DNA of 59,785 nt from a virus (lineage: Duplodnaviria > Caudoviricetes). Shown piece by piece: positions 47,948 to 57,997 of the stretch. The stretch's first letter is position 1. Every line of letters begins with the position of its first letter. The DNA lies in IMG/VR virus record IMGVR_UViG_3300006169_000032, positions 1 to 59,785 of that record, one strand, 5' to 3'. The notes beneath the pieces are model-generated. The model ran no database searches. It was not told the origin of the DNA and saw nothing but the letters and a program-made list of their open reading frames with translations. Position numbers and translations under genes: made by a program.

Positions 47948-48366
47948 ACCCATTCAGGACTCTTAAAGAGATATTCCTAGGGATAATGTATAAGCCAGCA
48001 CACCTGGCAATCGTATCCGTCGCTGCAACATACACTCTTCTGTGGGGTCTCTGGCTGGTATTCCCGATGTGGTCAGTGTTCTCCGCAGCACCTTTGTATG
48101 GAGCAATGTCCAGCATTGCCCCTGAGATATCCTGGGGTAGCGTGGCTCTTGTATCAGGGGCGGTAGCCCTCTGGGGTGCCACTACCCGTTCATACCTATG
48201 GACCCGCATAGGAAGCGCCGGTATATTCTGGTTCTGGCTCATGGTAGGCATTATGTACTTCCTAGGAGATTTCACCAACACCGGAGGCATTACCGCCCTC
48301 TTCTGGGCCTTTTACGGTGCCTACATCTTCCTCAATTCCAAGTTGAACAGGGAGTTATATCGTTAA
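47944..48366 (+). CDS. Four-TM membrane protein
   Basis: Hydrophobic segments; ATGA overlap with portal. Confidence 0.7.
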   Translation: MNPFRTLKEIFLGIMYKPAHLAIVSVAATYTLLWGLWLVFPMWSVFSAAPLYGAMSSIAPEISWGSVALVSGAVALWGATTRSYLWTRIGSAGIFWFWLMVGIMYFLGDFTNTGGITALFWAFYGAYIFLNSKLNRELYR

Positions 48367-48415
48367 CATGGGCCGTAATTTTGCTTTTGGAATCCAACGG
48401 TGATAACATAACACT

Positions 48416-49639
48416 ATGGATATGGTAAAGTGGGTCGTCAATGGCAACGACATGACCATAAACGTGCCTTTCGCCAAGGTGGACAAGGAGCGCAGGATTG
48501 TATCCGGCTTCGCCACCCTGGACAACGTTGACTTTGCAAAGGACGTTGTGACGGCAGAGGCATCAAAGAGGGCATTCGAGAATGCTCGCGGTAACGTAAG
48601 GGAGATGCACCAGCCTATTGCCGCTGGACACCTTGTGAACTTCCGCGAGGATGAATTTTTCGACTCCGAGACCGGCAAGTTTTTCAAGGGCATCTACGTA
48701 GACGCATATGTCTCACGTGGTGCCCCTAACACATGGGAAAAGGTTCTGGATGGAACTCTAACAGGATTCTCCATTGGGGGTCACGTCAATGACTCCGAAA
48801 CCCAGTTTGTTAAGGACGCCGACGACTCTATCCGCTTCATTAGGGATTATGACTTGATGGAACTGTCACTGGTTGACAATCCTTGCAACAAGCACGCAAA
48901 TATCCTGAGTTTTGCAAAGTCAGCCGAAGGCTCTGTCATCACGAAGGGCATGATTGCTGAAATTGAAGTCGAGAACGTGTTCTGGTGCGGCGAAGATGGA
49001 ATTGCCAGAGTGCTGAAGGACGAGTCGGCAGATTGCTCGAAATGCGGCAAGACAATGCAGAACATTGGATGGATTGAGTCTGGTGACGACCAAGTGGAGA
49101 AGGTGAGAGGCGTTATCAACAAGTTCCTAAGTCCCCAAATTGACGAGGGAGGTGGAGAAATGAGCAAGAAGGATGAAACCGTAGAGAAGACCGCTGCCGT
49201 CGAGGAAGTTGAGGAAACCGAGACGACAGAAGAGGAACCTACAGCGGAGAAGACGGAAGTCGAGGCTGAGGAAACAGCAGAGGTCAGCGAGGTCGAGGAA
49301 GTTGATTTCCAGAAGATGTTCGCAGACCTACAGGCCACAGTCGAGAAGGGTCTTGCCGACACGAGCGAGAGTTTGCAGAAGTCGGTAGACGAGAAGATTG
49401 AGGCTCTCGGCACCGCTGTCAACGAGAAGACTTCTGAGTTGGCCGGTCAGGTCAAGGAACTCAGTGAAAAGTTTGCGGCTGTCAAGGATTCCTCAGAAGA
49501 GGTAACCAAGAGGCTTGGTTCCTTGGAAGAGGCGACAGCCGGTAGGAAGTCTGGTGAGGTAGAAGGTACCGAGCCAGAGGAAAAGAAAGTACAAAAGGGT
49601 TGGAATGGCGCTTTCCTCGGTGTTAACGGCCTAGTTTGA
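48416..49639 (+). CDS. Capsid maturation protease fused to acidic scaffold-like domain
   Basis: VSGFAT, REMH, GFSIGG, ELSLVD.P.N; E-rich coiled-coil C-terminus. Confidence 0.88.
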   Translation: MDMVKWVVNGNDMTINVPFAKVDKERRIVSGFATLDNVDFAKDVVTAEASKRAFENARGNVREMHQPIAAGHLVNFREDEFFDSETGKFFKGIYVDAYVSRGAPNTWEKVLDGTLTGFSIGGHVNDSETQFVKDADDSIRFIRDYDLMELSLVDNPCNKHANILSFAKSAEGSVITKGMIAEIEVENVFWCGEDGIARVLKDESADCSKCGKTMQNIGWIESGDDQVEKVRGVINKFLSPQIDEGGGEMSKKDETVEKTAAVEEVEETETTEEEPTAEKTEVEAEETAEVSEVEEVDFQKMFADLQATVEKGLADTSESLQKSVDEKIEALGTAVNEKTSELAGQVKELSEKFAAVKDSSEEVTKRLGSLEEATAGRKSGEVEGTEPEEKKVQKGWNGAFLGVNGLV

Positions 49640-49683
49640 TGTGGCGACACATCGTATACAATAAGTACGGAGGTGAAAATTAA

Positions 49684-50706
49684 ATGACAGATGTATTGGA
49701 AAAGGTTATCGTTACCGGAGCAGACGGTGTGCCAGCAGGTACAACCGGAAACCTAACGACTCCTGTCAACGGCCTTTTGGCTCCTGAGCAGGCTGACCGC
49801 TTCATCGACTACATGTGGGACCAGACGGTTCTCGGTGGTCAGGTTCGCACGCTCCGTATGCGCTCGACAGAGCAGGAGTTTCAGACAATGGGTGTTGGTA
49901 CTCGTTTGATGAAGGTTGCCACTGAAGCAGTGGACACCGGAACGAACGTAGGTGTCGCATTCACCAAGATTTCTATTCGTACACGCAAGTTGCGTCTAGA
50001 CTTCGAAATCTCTAGTGAGACGCTAGAAGACAACTTGGAGGGTGAGGCCCTGGAGGACCACATTGCCCGTCTGATGGCTGCACAGGCCGGAAACGACCTT
50101 GAAGATGTTGCTATTAACGGCGACACAGCACTTACAGGAGACCCGCTTCTAAAGGCTTTTGACGGTTGGAAGAAGCGTGCCGACACCGGAGGTCACGTCG
50201 TTGACCACGCGGGCGGTAACGCAGATTTGTCAATCTTCAACAAGGCTATCAAGGCTATGCCTCGTAAGTATATGGTGCGTCGTCCAAACCTAAAGTTCTT
50301 CTCTGGACCTAACATCATTCAGGACTGGCTGTTCAGCGTACAGTTGGTGTCCGACGTTTTCGTTCAGACGGAGGCGGCGGCAACCGCTGGCCAGAGCAGG
50401 CTTCCAAGTCCAGCAGGACCAGCAGGTTACACGGCAGGTTCCCCATTCGGTATTCCGCTACAGGAAGTTCCGCTACTCCCATCCTACGATGTGGACTCAG
50501 TGGCGGGCGGTACGCAGGCCGGTGGTGACCTATGGCTAACATTCCCACAGAACCTACTATGGGGTGTCAAGCGTGAGATTCAGGTCTTCCGTGAGTTCAA
50601 GCCAAAGAAGGACACCATCGAGTACACGATGTACTGCCGAGTTGGTACCCAGATTGAGAACGCTGACGCATTCGTTGTTGTCAAGAACATCGAGTATCAG
50701 GTTTGA
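49684..50706 (+). CDS. Major capsid protein
   Basis: GLL.PEQA.RFIDY, EDNLEG, NDLED.AINGD; position after protease; followed by hairpin. Confidence 0.9.
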   Translation: MTDVLEKVIVTGADGVPAGTTGNLTTPVNGLLAPEQADRFIDYMWDQTVLGGQVRTLRMRSTEQEFQTMGVGTRLMKVATEAVDTGTNVGVAFTKISIRTRKLRLDFEISSETLEDNLEGEALEDHIARLMAAQAGNDLEDVAINGDTALTGDPLLKAFDGWKKRADTGGHVVDHAGGNADLSIFNKAIKAMPRKYMVRRPNLKFFSGPNIIQDWLFSVQLVSDVFVQTEAAATAGQSRLPSPAGPAGYTAGSPFGIPLQEVPLLPSYDVDSVAGGTQAGGDLWLTFPQNLLWGVKREIQVFREFKPKKDTIEYTMYCRVGTQIENADAFVVVKNIEYQV

Positions 50707-50719
50707 TAGACAGTGAGTG

Positions 50720-50768
50720 AGCGCCCTGAGCGAAGCAATTTGCCTTAGGGCGCTTTCTCATCTATAAT
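50720..50768 (+). terminator. Terminator hairpin overlapping promoter
   Basis: AGCGCCCT...AGGGCGCT-TTCT; TTGCCT-17-TATAAT. Confidence 0.65.
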
Positions 50769-50785
50769 GCAAGAAGGAGGAATTA

Positions 50786-51196
50786 ATGTCACTAGACACA
50801 CTTAAGAAGGATGAACTTGAAAAGGCCGCAGTGTTCTTCGGCTCAGATATCTCCAGGGCAAAGACCAACAAGGAGAGAGTCGCCATTCTCGTTGAGGATG
50901 GTGTCACCTATGAGCAGTACCGCAAGTTTCTCGTGAAGGACGAGGACAAGCCGGTAGCAGAGAGAGAGCCAGAGCCAGCCGCAAAAGACCAACTAGACCC
51001 AGCATACGGAAGCAAGGACAGAGAAGTATTGCTGAAGATGGACCGAGAGAACCACCGATACGACGTTTACGGATTCACATTCACAAAGACCCATCCATTT
51101 CAGTTGGTCCCAGAGAATGTGGCGACGCTGGTATTGCAGCGTCATCAGGGTTTTCATATAGCGACACCGTTGGAGGCCCAAGAATATTATGGCTAG
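50786..51196 (+). CDS. Hypothetical virion-associated protein
   Basis: AAGGAGG RBS; directly after capsid gene. Confidence 0.7.
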   Translation: MSLDTLKKDELEKAAVFFGSDISRAKTNKERVAILVEDGVTYEQYRKFLVKDEDKPVAEREPEPAAKDQLDPAYGSKDREVLLKMDRENHRYDVYGFTFTKTHPFQLVPENVATLVLQRHQGFHIATPLEAQEYYG

Positions 51197-51362
51197 TGAG
51201 AAGCCGAAGTTCAACGTAAAGGAAGAAGTCGTCCTGGAGAAGTTCGAAGGCGAGCCGGTAGCAGAGAACTTGGTCCAAAGAGTTTACCTTGAAAACGGAA
51301 GAATTATCAAGGAAGAGAAAATCGAGAACGGAAAGGTTGTCGAAACGAAGGAGGTGACCTGA
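51189..51362 (+). CDS. Small hypothetical protein (57 aa)
   Basis: Translated by hand; GGAGG RBS, TGATG overlap. Confidence 0.6.
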   Translation: MASEKPKFNVKEEVVLEKFEGEPVAENLVQRVYLENGRIIKEEKIENGKVVETKEVT

Positions 51363-51742
51363 TGCCCTTGACAGATGCAGGTAGGAATTTGATGATTGAC
51401 GGTATTGTCGGAACAGCGGTTACCGCGTTCAACAACGCCAACTCGTACATCGGAGTGGGTGACTCAACGACCGCATTCTCCGCTGCACATACGGACTTGC
51501 AGGCTGCAACCAACAAGTTGCGTAAGGCAATGGACGCAACCTATCCGACTCGTGCAACGAACGTTCTGACATTCCGTGCGACATTTGCAACAACCGATGC
51601 AAACTTCGCATGGCAGGAATGGGCGATTTTCAATGCCTCTTCCGCTGGAACGATGCTAAGTCGTAAGGTTGAGTCACTTGGTACTAAGCCGTCTTCACAG
51701 ACGTGGCAGTTTACAGCGACTTTGACGATAACAACTGCCTAG
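51362..51742 (+). CDS. Virion structural protein
   Basis: IGVGD.TTA, ANFAWQEWAIFNA..GTML.R motif typical of phage structural genes. Confidence 0.7.
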   Translation: MPLTDAGRNLMIDGIVGTAVTAFNNANSYIGVGDSTTAFSAAHTDLQAATNKLRKAMDATYPTRATNVLTFRATFATTDANFAWQEWAIFNASSAGTMLSRKVESLGTKPSSQTWQFTATLTITTA

Positions 51743-51824
51743 TCATGGAAGTTGACATCTGAACGTCAATGCTGTATAATGGTAGCGTGGGAGAAATCCT
51801 GCGCTACTTTTATATGGAGGATTA

Positions 51825-52328
51825 ATGTCAGGACAAGCATGGCTAAAGCCAGAGGAAGTTCCGGTCGAGCACAGAGACTCATTTCACTTCGATAATCAAT
51901 TTCTCGGGCCGGTAGGCAAGAGAACCGGACTATACATTGAAAGAGATTGTCTGAACTGCTCAAATACATACAACGTTCTCGTTACCAATATTCGTGGTGA
52001 CCTAAGGCGCGGTAGGAAGATGAGGGCGGGTAAGTGCAAAGATTGTAGAGGTCGAGTCGTTACAACCGAAGGTTATGTGTGGATTCACAAGCCGAGCCAC
52101 CCGAACGCATATTCTGGAAGGTACGTACCAGAGCACATTCTTGTAATGGAAGAAAACTTAGGACGGTATCTAGATACGGTTGTTGAGTCTGTTCACCACA
52201 TTAACGGCGACCCGGCAGACAACAGGCTGGAAAACCTACAGTTGAGAAGTAGGTATCACGGAAAGGGCCAGGCAAGAATTTGCAACGATTGTGGCAGCCA
52301 CAACATAGTTGCAACAAAACTAAACTGA
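51825..52328 (+). CDS. HNH homing endonuclease
   Basis: EHILVME..LGR.L....VHHINGD.ADNRLENL; own promoter TTGACA-17-TATAAT at 51752-51780. Confidence 0.88.
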   Translation: MSGQAWLKPEEVPVEHRDSFHFDNQFLGPVGKRTGLYIERDCLNCSNTYNVLVTNIRGDLRRGRKMRAGKCKDCRGRVVTTEGYVWIHKPSHPNAYSGRYVPEHILVMEENLGRYLDTVVESVHHINGDPADNRLENLQLRSRYHGKGQARICNDCGSHNIVATKLN

Positions 52329-52374
52329 TGCTACAATTGAGATAACCCAAGTCGTAGTAGGAGTGAAACTAACC

Positions 52375-52411
52375 GCCACGCAGGGGCTACCGGCCCCTGC
52401 GTGGCCTTTTT
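52375..52411 (+). terminator. Intrinsic terminator
   Basis: GCCACGCAGGGGC/GCCCCTGCGTGGC 13-bp stem followed by T tract. Confidence 0.75.
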
Positions 52412-52696
52412 ATGGCAACATACAGAATTTCTTACAGCAGCAAGTATGCGAATACAGGAACCAGGGACACCGCAATCACGGCGCTCACCAGCCTGTTGAC
52501 GTCAATTCCGCATCAGAATGTGGCGGGACGATTCTCGCCTGGAATAAACTCCTTCACTACCGGCTTGACCCTGAGTATTACTGTAGACGAGGCTCAGGTG
52601 AATGTTGGCCAGTTGTTCAAAGACATTCAGGACCTAATCGGCGTGACAAACAGAAATTCAGGAGCCTTTGCGTCCTGCTATATGGAGCCTAAGTAA
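52412..52696 (+). CDS. Hypothetical protein
   Basis: TAATG overlap with large gene. Confidence 0.6.
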   Translation: MATYRISYSSKYANTGTRDTAITALTSLLTSIPHQNVAGRFSPGINSFTTGLTLSITVDEAQVNVGQLFKDIQDLIGVTNRNSGAFASCYMEPK

Positions 52697-55600
52697 TGGC
52701 AGTAGCATATGGCAGCGCAAGTTTGGCGGTATACAGCCAGACCAACCCGGTAGTAACATTACCCACCGGAAACAGCGGAGACGGCCTTCTATTGGTCGTT
52801 ATGACCAAGCCCGACAACACGCCAGCCGACCCGATTTCAGGCTGGACACTGCTGGGCGCGTTTACCTCTGTACGAGATGGACTTTCCTCTGGTTCCACTA
52901 CCGCCGACTCCGGTTCCGTCCGTGTAGGTGTTTTCTTTAGAGAGGCAGACGGAACAGAGCCAACAAGCATCACCGTCAACGTCCCGTCCAACAACGTTAC
53001 TGCCGCTCAGATATTCAGATATTCAAAGGGCGGCGGTGAAGCCTGGGACGTGCAAATTACAGGTGGTGGAGACACAAGCGCCGGTACAGCATTCAGCATC
53101 CTCACTGGAACCGTCCCCGCCTCATGGATTGCCGCTGGCGACCATTTGCTTGTTCCTACCGTATTAGCAACAGATACTGCCCCTACGTGGGGCACGCCCA
53201 CGCTTACCGCTCAGGGTGGCGGTTCAATCACACTAGGCACCGCGACCGTCTTGCAGACCTATACCACCACCACACAAGGCGACTTGGGTGGTAGGACAAT
53301 TAGATATGCGCCTTCCGCTTCCACACAGGCAGCCGGTACTCTAACATTTGCCTCAACACTATCAGGTACCACCACTAACGCCTTTGGTGCAACCGCAATT
53401 GTTAGGCTTCGCGCAGCCGCCCCGACAACAATTCAGAAGTCCGCATCCGACACATCAAGCGTTTCAATTTCAGATACATCATCTAAGTTTGTATTCCAGA
53501 ACCTACGAACATCACACGTGGGAATGTGGCACTCCGCTCACCGTGGAGCCGGTGAGTCGCCGGTAGGTCCATGGCCTGAAGAGACCATGGAAGCATATGC
53601 AAAGTGTTTTGCTGACCCAAACATCGACGTACTCGAAATGGACGTTAGGCTGTCTTCCGATGGAATTCTGTACCTTAGCCACGACGCCAACATTGACAGG
53701 CTGTATACAACCAACGCAACAGTCGAAGCAACATCATCGACCACCTTGAACTCTCAGTCATATAAGGCATCCTTGCTTGTTGGAACTGAGTTTGAGGGCC
53801 AGACCTTGCGCCTGGCAAAACTGACAGATATTCTGGCTTTGTACCACGACAAGATTCTGCTGTCCATTGAGCCTAAGACACAGGCAGCCGGTGATGCTCT
53901 ACCAGCCGTGCTCGACCAGTACATGATTTACAAGCAGAATGTGTCCATTCCGTCATTCGATGAGGCTTACCAGGCTGCATCGGTAGCAGCCGGATATCCA
54001 ATTGCGCTGCGTCCCGCCAACGGTACCGCCCCCTCAGTGATTACCGCCAAGGGTGGAAATCAGGTAAACGTCAACATCAACAACGCTGATGCCGCATGGC
54101 AGGCCCAACTTGCAGCAGGCGGGGTTGAGATGTGGGTATGGACCATTGACAGCCAGTATGACCACGACCGGGCGGTAGCGATGAATGCGAATGGTATCAT
54201 CGGTAACGACCCACCATATATCCAAAGAGCATATAGACAAACAGGCGACCCATATGCCGACCAGCATGTGTGGCACGGATATATTTCCGGTGGTGCACTG
54301 AACGGCGGTACCAATGGTAGGTTCGTCTCCCCTGACCAATGGGGAATCGACAACAACGACGGCGTTACCTCCAACGTAGAGTCCGGTGTGCTACAGGGAT
54401 GGATTAACCCGATTAACAACAACCCTACCGCCCAGTATTACACCATTGACTTTGAGGCAAACATGGTTGACAACCTGGCCAACGCCTCCAATTTCACCGT
54501 CGCTATCGCCAACCGAGACGACAACGGATATGCCGGTGGTTCCAGTGGCACCCCCGCATTCCGTGGTTACAACTGTCTTTTCAGAAAGAGCGGTGTCGCT
54601 CAGGTACGTACATTCCCCGGCGATGGAACCGACACCACCGCCGCCACAATCACCGGAACTGCCCTGACAGTTAACACGTGGAACACCTACCAAATCATCG
54701 TAACGCCTAATGATATTACAGCGAAGAACCTGACCCTTGGTACAACTGTAACAAGCACCGAGGTCGGCTTCGGACGAGGTGGCTATATCTGGTTTGGTGC
54801 AGCCGGTTCCAACACTCTCTTCAGGAACATAACCGTAACCGACAACACCCCAGCGGGATTCGTTGACAAAAATGGCTCTGACACCAGCAGTATCTCCGTT
54901 GCAATGAGCGCGGTAGCGGGTGAGTTGGGTGCCGCTACCCCTATCAGCGCTTCTGATACTGGAGGAATGGCCCTCTCCGGTGTTGCTGCAATCCAGGCGT
55001 CATTCACCAAGTCTGATACAAGCAGTGTTGTTGTAAGTGACAGTGCCAGCATCCTGAAGACAATACCGGCCAGCGACACGTCAAGTGTGGCTGTTACTGA
55101 TGTTTCGGCAATTCAGAAGAACTTCACGGCCTCTGACACAAGTTCCGTTGCTGCTGCCGATACCAGCACAATTGCAGTAACTCTGACCAGAGCCGACACG
55201 AGCAGTGTTGCGGCTGCCGACACGTCTGCTTTGCAAAAGGGACTATCGGCAAGCGATACCAGTTCGGTATCAGTTACCGAATCCGTCGCCATCAACGTAT
55301 TCCTGACACGAGACGACCCTACCAGCCTGAGCGTGTCAGACGCATCGGCAACCCTCAGCACCAACCCTCGCTCTGACACAAGTTCTGTGGCAATTGCTGA
55401 TTCTGCTGTTGTTGCGGGAACGGTCAACAGGGCCGACACAGCCGCATTAACGATTACCGACACTGCTGTCATTGACTCTAGTGGCTTGGGCTCAGACCAG
55501 GCATCGGTAACAGCAACAGATGTTGCAACAGTCGCCGGTAGCACCACTAGAACCGATACCGGGGCGGTAGCCATTGGTGAAACCGCCTCTATTGCAGTAT

Positions 55601-57096
55601 CAACAACAGCAACAGACACCCTTCCAGTCTCAATCACAGAGGCTAGACAGGTTGCTGTCACCACAACCGCCAACGACACAACCAGCCTGGCTATTGCTGA
55701 TACCAGTGTAATCGACAAGTTTATCCTCGCCAGTGATACCGGCGCTGTCTCTGTGGCTGACTCTTCAAGCATAACCATAACCTCCCAGGACAAGTCCGCA
55801 AGCGACACGTCCAGCATTGCCGTCTCTGAGTCGGTCGCCAACGCTGTCAGCCTATCAGCAAATGACTCAGCAAACATCGGTGTAGCAGATATTACGCTGA
55901 TTCACAAGACTATCCTCGCAGCCGATGTATCCAGCATCTCCATTGACGATGATGGCAGCAGAGCCGCAACCGGAACCAACCCTGAGGTCAGCGACACACT
56001 CGAAATTTCATCGACTGAGACCGCACAAGTCTCTGCTTCGTTCCTGACCTCTGACACCGGGGCAGTAGCAACAACAGATGTTTCCTCTACCAGTATAGCC
56101 ACAACCAAGACAGATACCGGCTCGATTTCCGTATCAGACACCTCACATGTCCTAAAGAACCCACAGGCGTCCGACACAGGCAGCGTCTCGGCTACAGATG
56201 CCTCCAGCGTCGCTGTGACACGCCTAGAAAAATTCAGCAGCGATTCCGGCTCCCTGGTAGCCACCGACGCATCGCAATTTTCTACGGTGCCTCTGAGCGC
56301 CTCTGACGCCGCCACTTTGCAGATTGCAGACGTTTCAGGGGTCAGCACAGATACCTCATTCCTCACCCCTGCTGCATCAGACACCCTGACCACAATCTCA
56401 ACGGACAGCAGCAGCATTGTCATCAGCGGACTTGTTCTTAAGTCTGCAAGTGACAGCGGGGCTCTCACCATATCAGATGTGTCCACAAGGGATATCACCG
56501 CAATCAAGGCTGCCAGTGACAGCGGTTCGGTTGCCGCCACAGACGCCTCCGGTGGAATCAACGTGGGCGGTACGGTCACAAAGAGTACCACCGACACAGA
56601 TGATATCTCTATTACTGATACATCATCAATAGCAGTAACCAGAATTGTCACTGGAACAGACACAGGCGCATTCAGCATTGATGATGATGGTCTCCTAGAG
56701 CCGGTCGGTACCGCCCCGATTGGTTCAAGCGACTCTGGCTCGGTTTCCGTAAGCGACACCGCCAGCGTCACCATCACAACCCTGAAGACAGCAAGCGACA
56801 CCTCAGGTGTTGTCATAACAGATGTTGGCTCAAAGGCAGCATTCAACGAGATTCTGAAGAATGCTGGAGACACCGCCGCCGTCTCGATATCTGAGACAGC
56901 CACCCGCTTCTTCGCCCAGGCCGGGGGCAGAATATCATTTGACTTTAGGTGGTCGTATGCTATAATGTTGAATAGAGGCAGAGCCATGCTGAGCAGAGTA
57001 GAAGGAACCTCCGCTCAGGACAAAACAGTGGAAGGAAAGACTGACGGCGGCACCCAGATAGAGGGCGGTAGCCAGCCAGGAATTCAAATTGACTGA
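52696..57096 (+). CDS. Large virion protein with glycerophosphodiester phosphodiesterase domain and Ser/Thr/Asp repeat stalk
   Basis: AHRG, EMDVRLSSDG..LSHD, IEPK, WTID, GIIGN.P; many xSDTxSxxxSD repeats. Confidence 0.85.
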   Translation: MAVAYGSASLAVYSQTNPVVTLPTGNSGDGLLLVVMTKPDNTPADPISGWTLLGAFTSVRDGLSSGSTTADSGSVRVGVFFREADGTEPTSITVNVPSNNVTAAQIFRYSKGGGEAWDVQITGGGDTSAGTAFSILTGTVPASWIAAGDHLLVPTVLATDTAPTWGTPTLTAQGGGSITLGTATVLQTYTTTTQGDLGGRTIRYAPSASTQAAGTLTFASTLSGTTTNAFGATAIVRLRAAAPTTIQKSASDTSSVSISDTSSKFVFQNLRTSHVGMWHSAHRGAGESPVGPWPEETMEAYAKCFADPNIDVLEMDVRLSSDGILYLSHDANIDRLYTTNATVEATSSTTLNSQSYKASLLVGTEFEGQTLRLAKLTDILALYHDKILLSIEPKTQAAGDALPAVLDQYMIYKQNVSIPSFDEAYQAASVAAGYPIALRPANGTAPSVITAKGGNQVNVNINNADAAWQAQLAAGGVEMWVWTIDSQYDHDRAVAMNANGIIGNDPPYIQRAYRQTGDPYADQHVWHGYISGGALNGGTNGRFVSPDQWGIDNNDGVTSNVESGVLQGWINPINNNPTAQYYTIDFEANMVDNLANASNFTVAIANRDDNGYAGGSSGTPAFRGYNCLFRKSGVAQVRTFPGDGTDTTAATITGTALTVNTWNTYQIIVTPNDITAKNLTLGTTVTSTEVGFGRGGYIWFGAAGSNTLFRNITVTDNTPAGFVDKNGSDTSSISVAMSAVAGELGAATPISASDTGGMALSGVAAIQASFTKSDTSSVVVSDSASILKTIPASDTSSVAVTDVSAIQKNFTASDTSSVAAADTSTIAVTLTRADTSSVAAADTSALQKGLSASDTSSVSVTESVAINVFLTRDDPTSLSVSDASATLSTNPRSDTSSVAIADSAVVAGTVNRADTAALTITDTAVIDSSGLGSDQASVTATDVATVAGSTTRTDTGAVAIGETASIAVSTTATDTLPVSITEARQVAVTTTANDTTSLAIADTSVIDKFILASDTGAVSVADSSSITITSQDKSASDTSSIAVSESVANAVSLSANDSANIGVADITLIHKTILAADVSSISIDDDGSRAATGTNPEVSDTLEISSTETAQVSASFLTSDTGAVATTDVSSTSIATTKTDTGSISVSDTSHVLKNPQASDTGSVSATDASSVAVTRLEKFSSDSGSLVATDASQFSTVPLSASDAATLQIADVSGVSTDTSFLTPAASDTLTTISTDSSSIVISGLVLKSASDSGALTISDVSTRDITAIKAASDSGSVAATDASGGINVGGTVTKSTTDTDDISITDTSSIAVTRIVTGTDTGAFSIDDDGLLEPVGTAPIGSSDSGSVSVSDTASVTITTLKTASDTSGVVITDVGSKAAFNEILKNAGDTAAVSISETATRFFAQAGGRISFDFRWSYAIMLNRGRAMLSRVEGTSAQDKTVEGKTDGGTQIEGGSQPGIQID

Positions 57097-57997
57097 GATA
57101 TACAAGAACACCACCCAGAACGCCAGCCTGGTAATCACAGGCGAGACAGCAGACACACCCCCAACAGCGACATTGGTCAAAGGGGAAGATGAGACTGTTT
57201 TGACGGTCAGCGAGCCGGAAACTGTTGGAAGCATAGAAGTCTGGAAAGCCTACATCGGCCTGGCCCACACCCAGGGCGGCACATTCGATGTTGTCTGGGA
57301 ATTCACCATTGATGGAAACCCGGTAGAGAAGGTAGACTCATTCGAAGTAGTCACCCCCTACGTCAGCCTCTCAGCGGCAAAGGAAGCCCTGGCCCTGGCA
57401 ACAGTGTCCGACGAGGATATCATGAGAATTGAGCGCAGGGTCCGCAAAATCATCAACCGCTACTGTGGCCAGTCCTTCGACCTGGAGACCGGCACGAAAA
57501 TCGTCCGAGGCCAAGGCTCAGAGAATATCCGCCTCCCAAAAAGACTGAACAAGGTGAACTCCATTACTCAGCACGTGACGGGCGCTGCGTTAGAGGGTTA
57601 CGAGATTCGCCACAACGGGCTGGTACTCCGTAGGTCATACCCATCATACGCATCAGAGAATGTCGTCTGGATAACCAACCCAATCTTCAACCCATTCTAC
57701 GATGTGAAGTCAGACACATTTTGGGGCGGTAGTGTCCCCTTCGCCTATGACGTAGAATGGGATATCACTGGAGAATGGGGATATCACAGCATCCCATCAG
57801 AGGTACAAGAGGCAGCCCTGATTCTCATGGAACAGTACCTCTGCTCTGACGACCTGTACCGCCAGCGTTACGTGAACACCATGGCGTCCGCTGACTTCAG
57901 GTACAGCACGCACGACAAGGCGTGGCAGGGAACCGGCAATGCCGTTGCCGACTACCTGCTCAGAGATTACGTCTGGGATGCCATCTCAGTTATATGA
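57089..57997 (+). CDS. Head-to-tail adaptor
   Basis: VVTPY, I..YCGQ.F, G.WGY..IP.EV.EAA.IL, GTGN..AD.LL..Y. Confidence 0.8.
   Translation: MTEIYKNTTQNASLVITGETADTPPTATLVKGEDETVLTVSEPETVGSIEVWKAYIGLAHTQGGTFDVVWEFTIDGNPVEKVDSFEVVTPYVSLSAAKEALALATVSDEDIMRIERRVRKIINRYCGQSFDLETGTKIVRGQGSENIRLPKRLNKVNSITQHVTGAALEGYEIRHNGLVLRRSYPSYASENVVWITNPIFNPFYDVKSDTFWGGSVPFAYDVEWDITGEWGYHSIPSEVQEAALILMEQYLCSDDLYRQRYVNTMASADFRYSTHDKAWQGTGNAVADYLLRDYVWDAISVI

Noticed and set aside
52325-52372. Hammerhead ribozyme (CTGATG...GAAAC)
   Set aside because: Core CUGAUGA is incomplete and flanking helices cannot be formed.
55113-56987. 254-aa and 361-aa minus-strand ORFs
   Set aside because: Antisense to the low-complexity repeat region of the 1466-aa gene.
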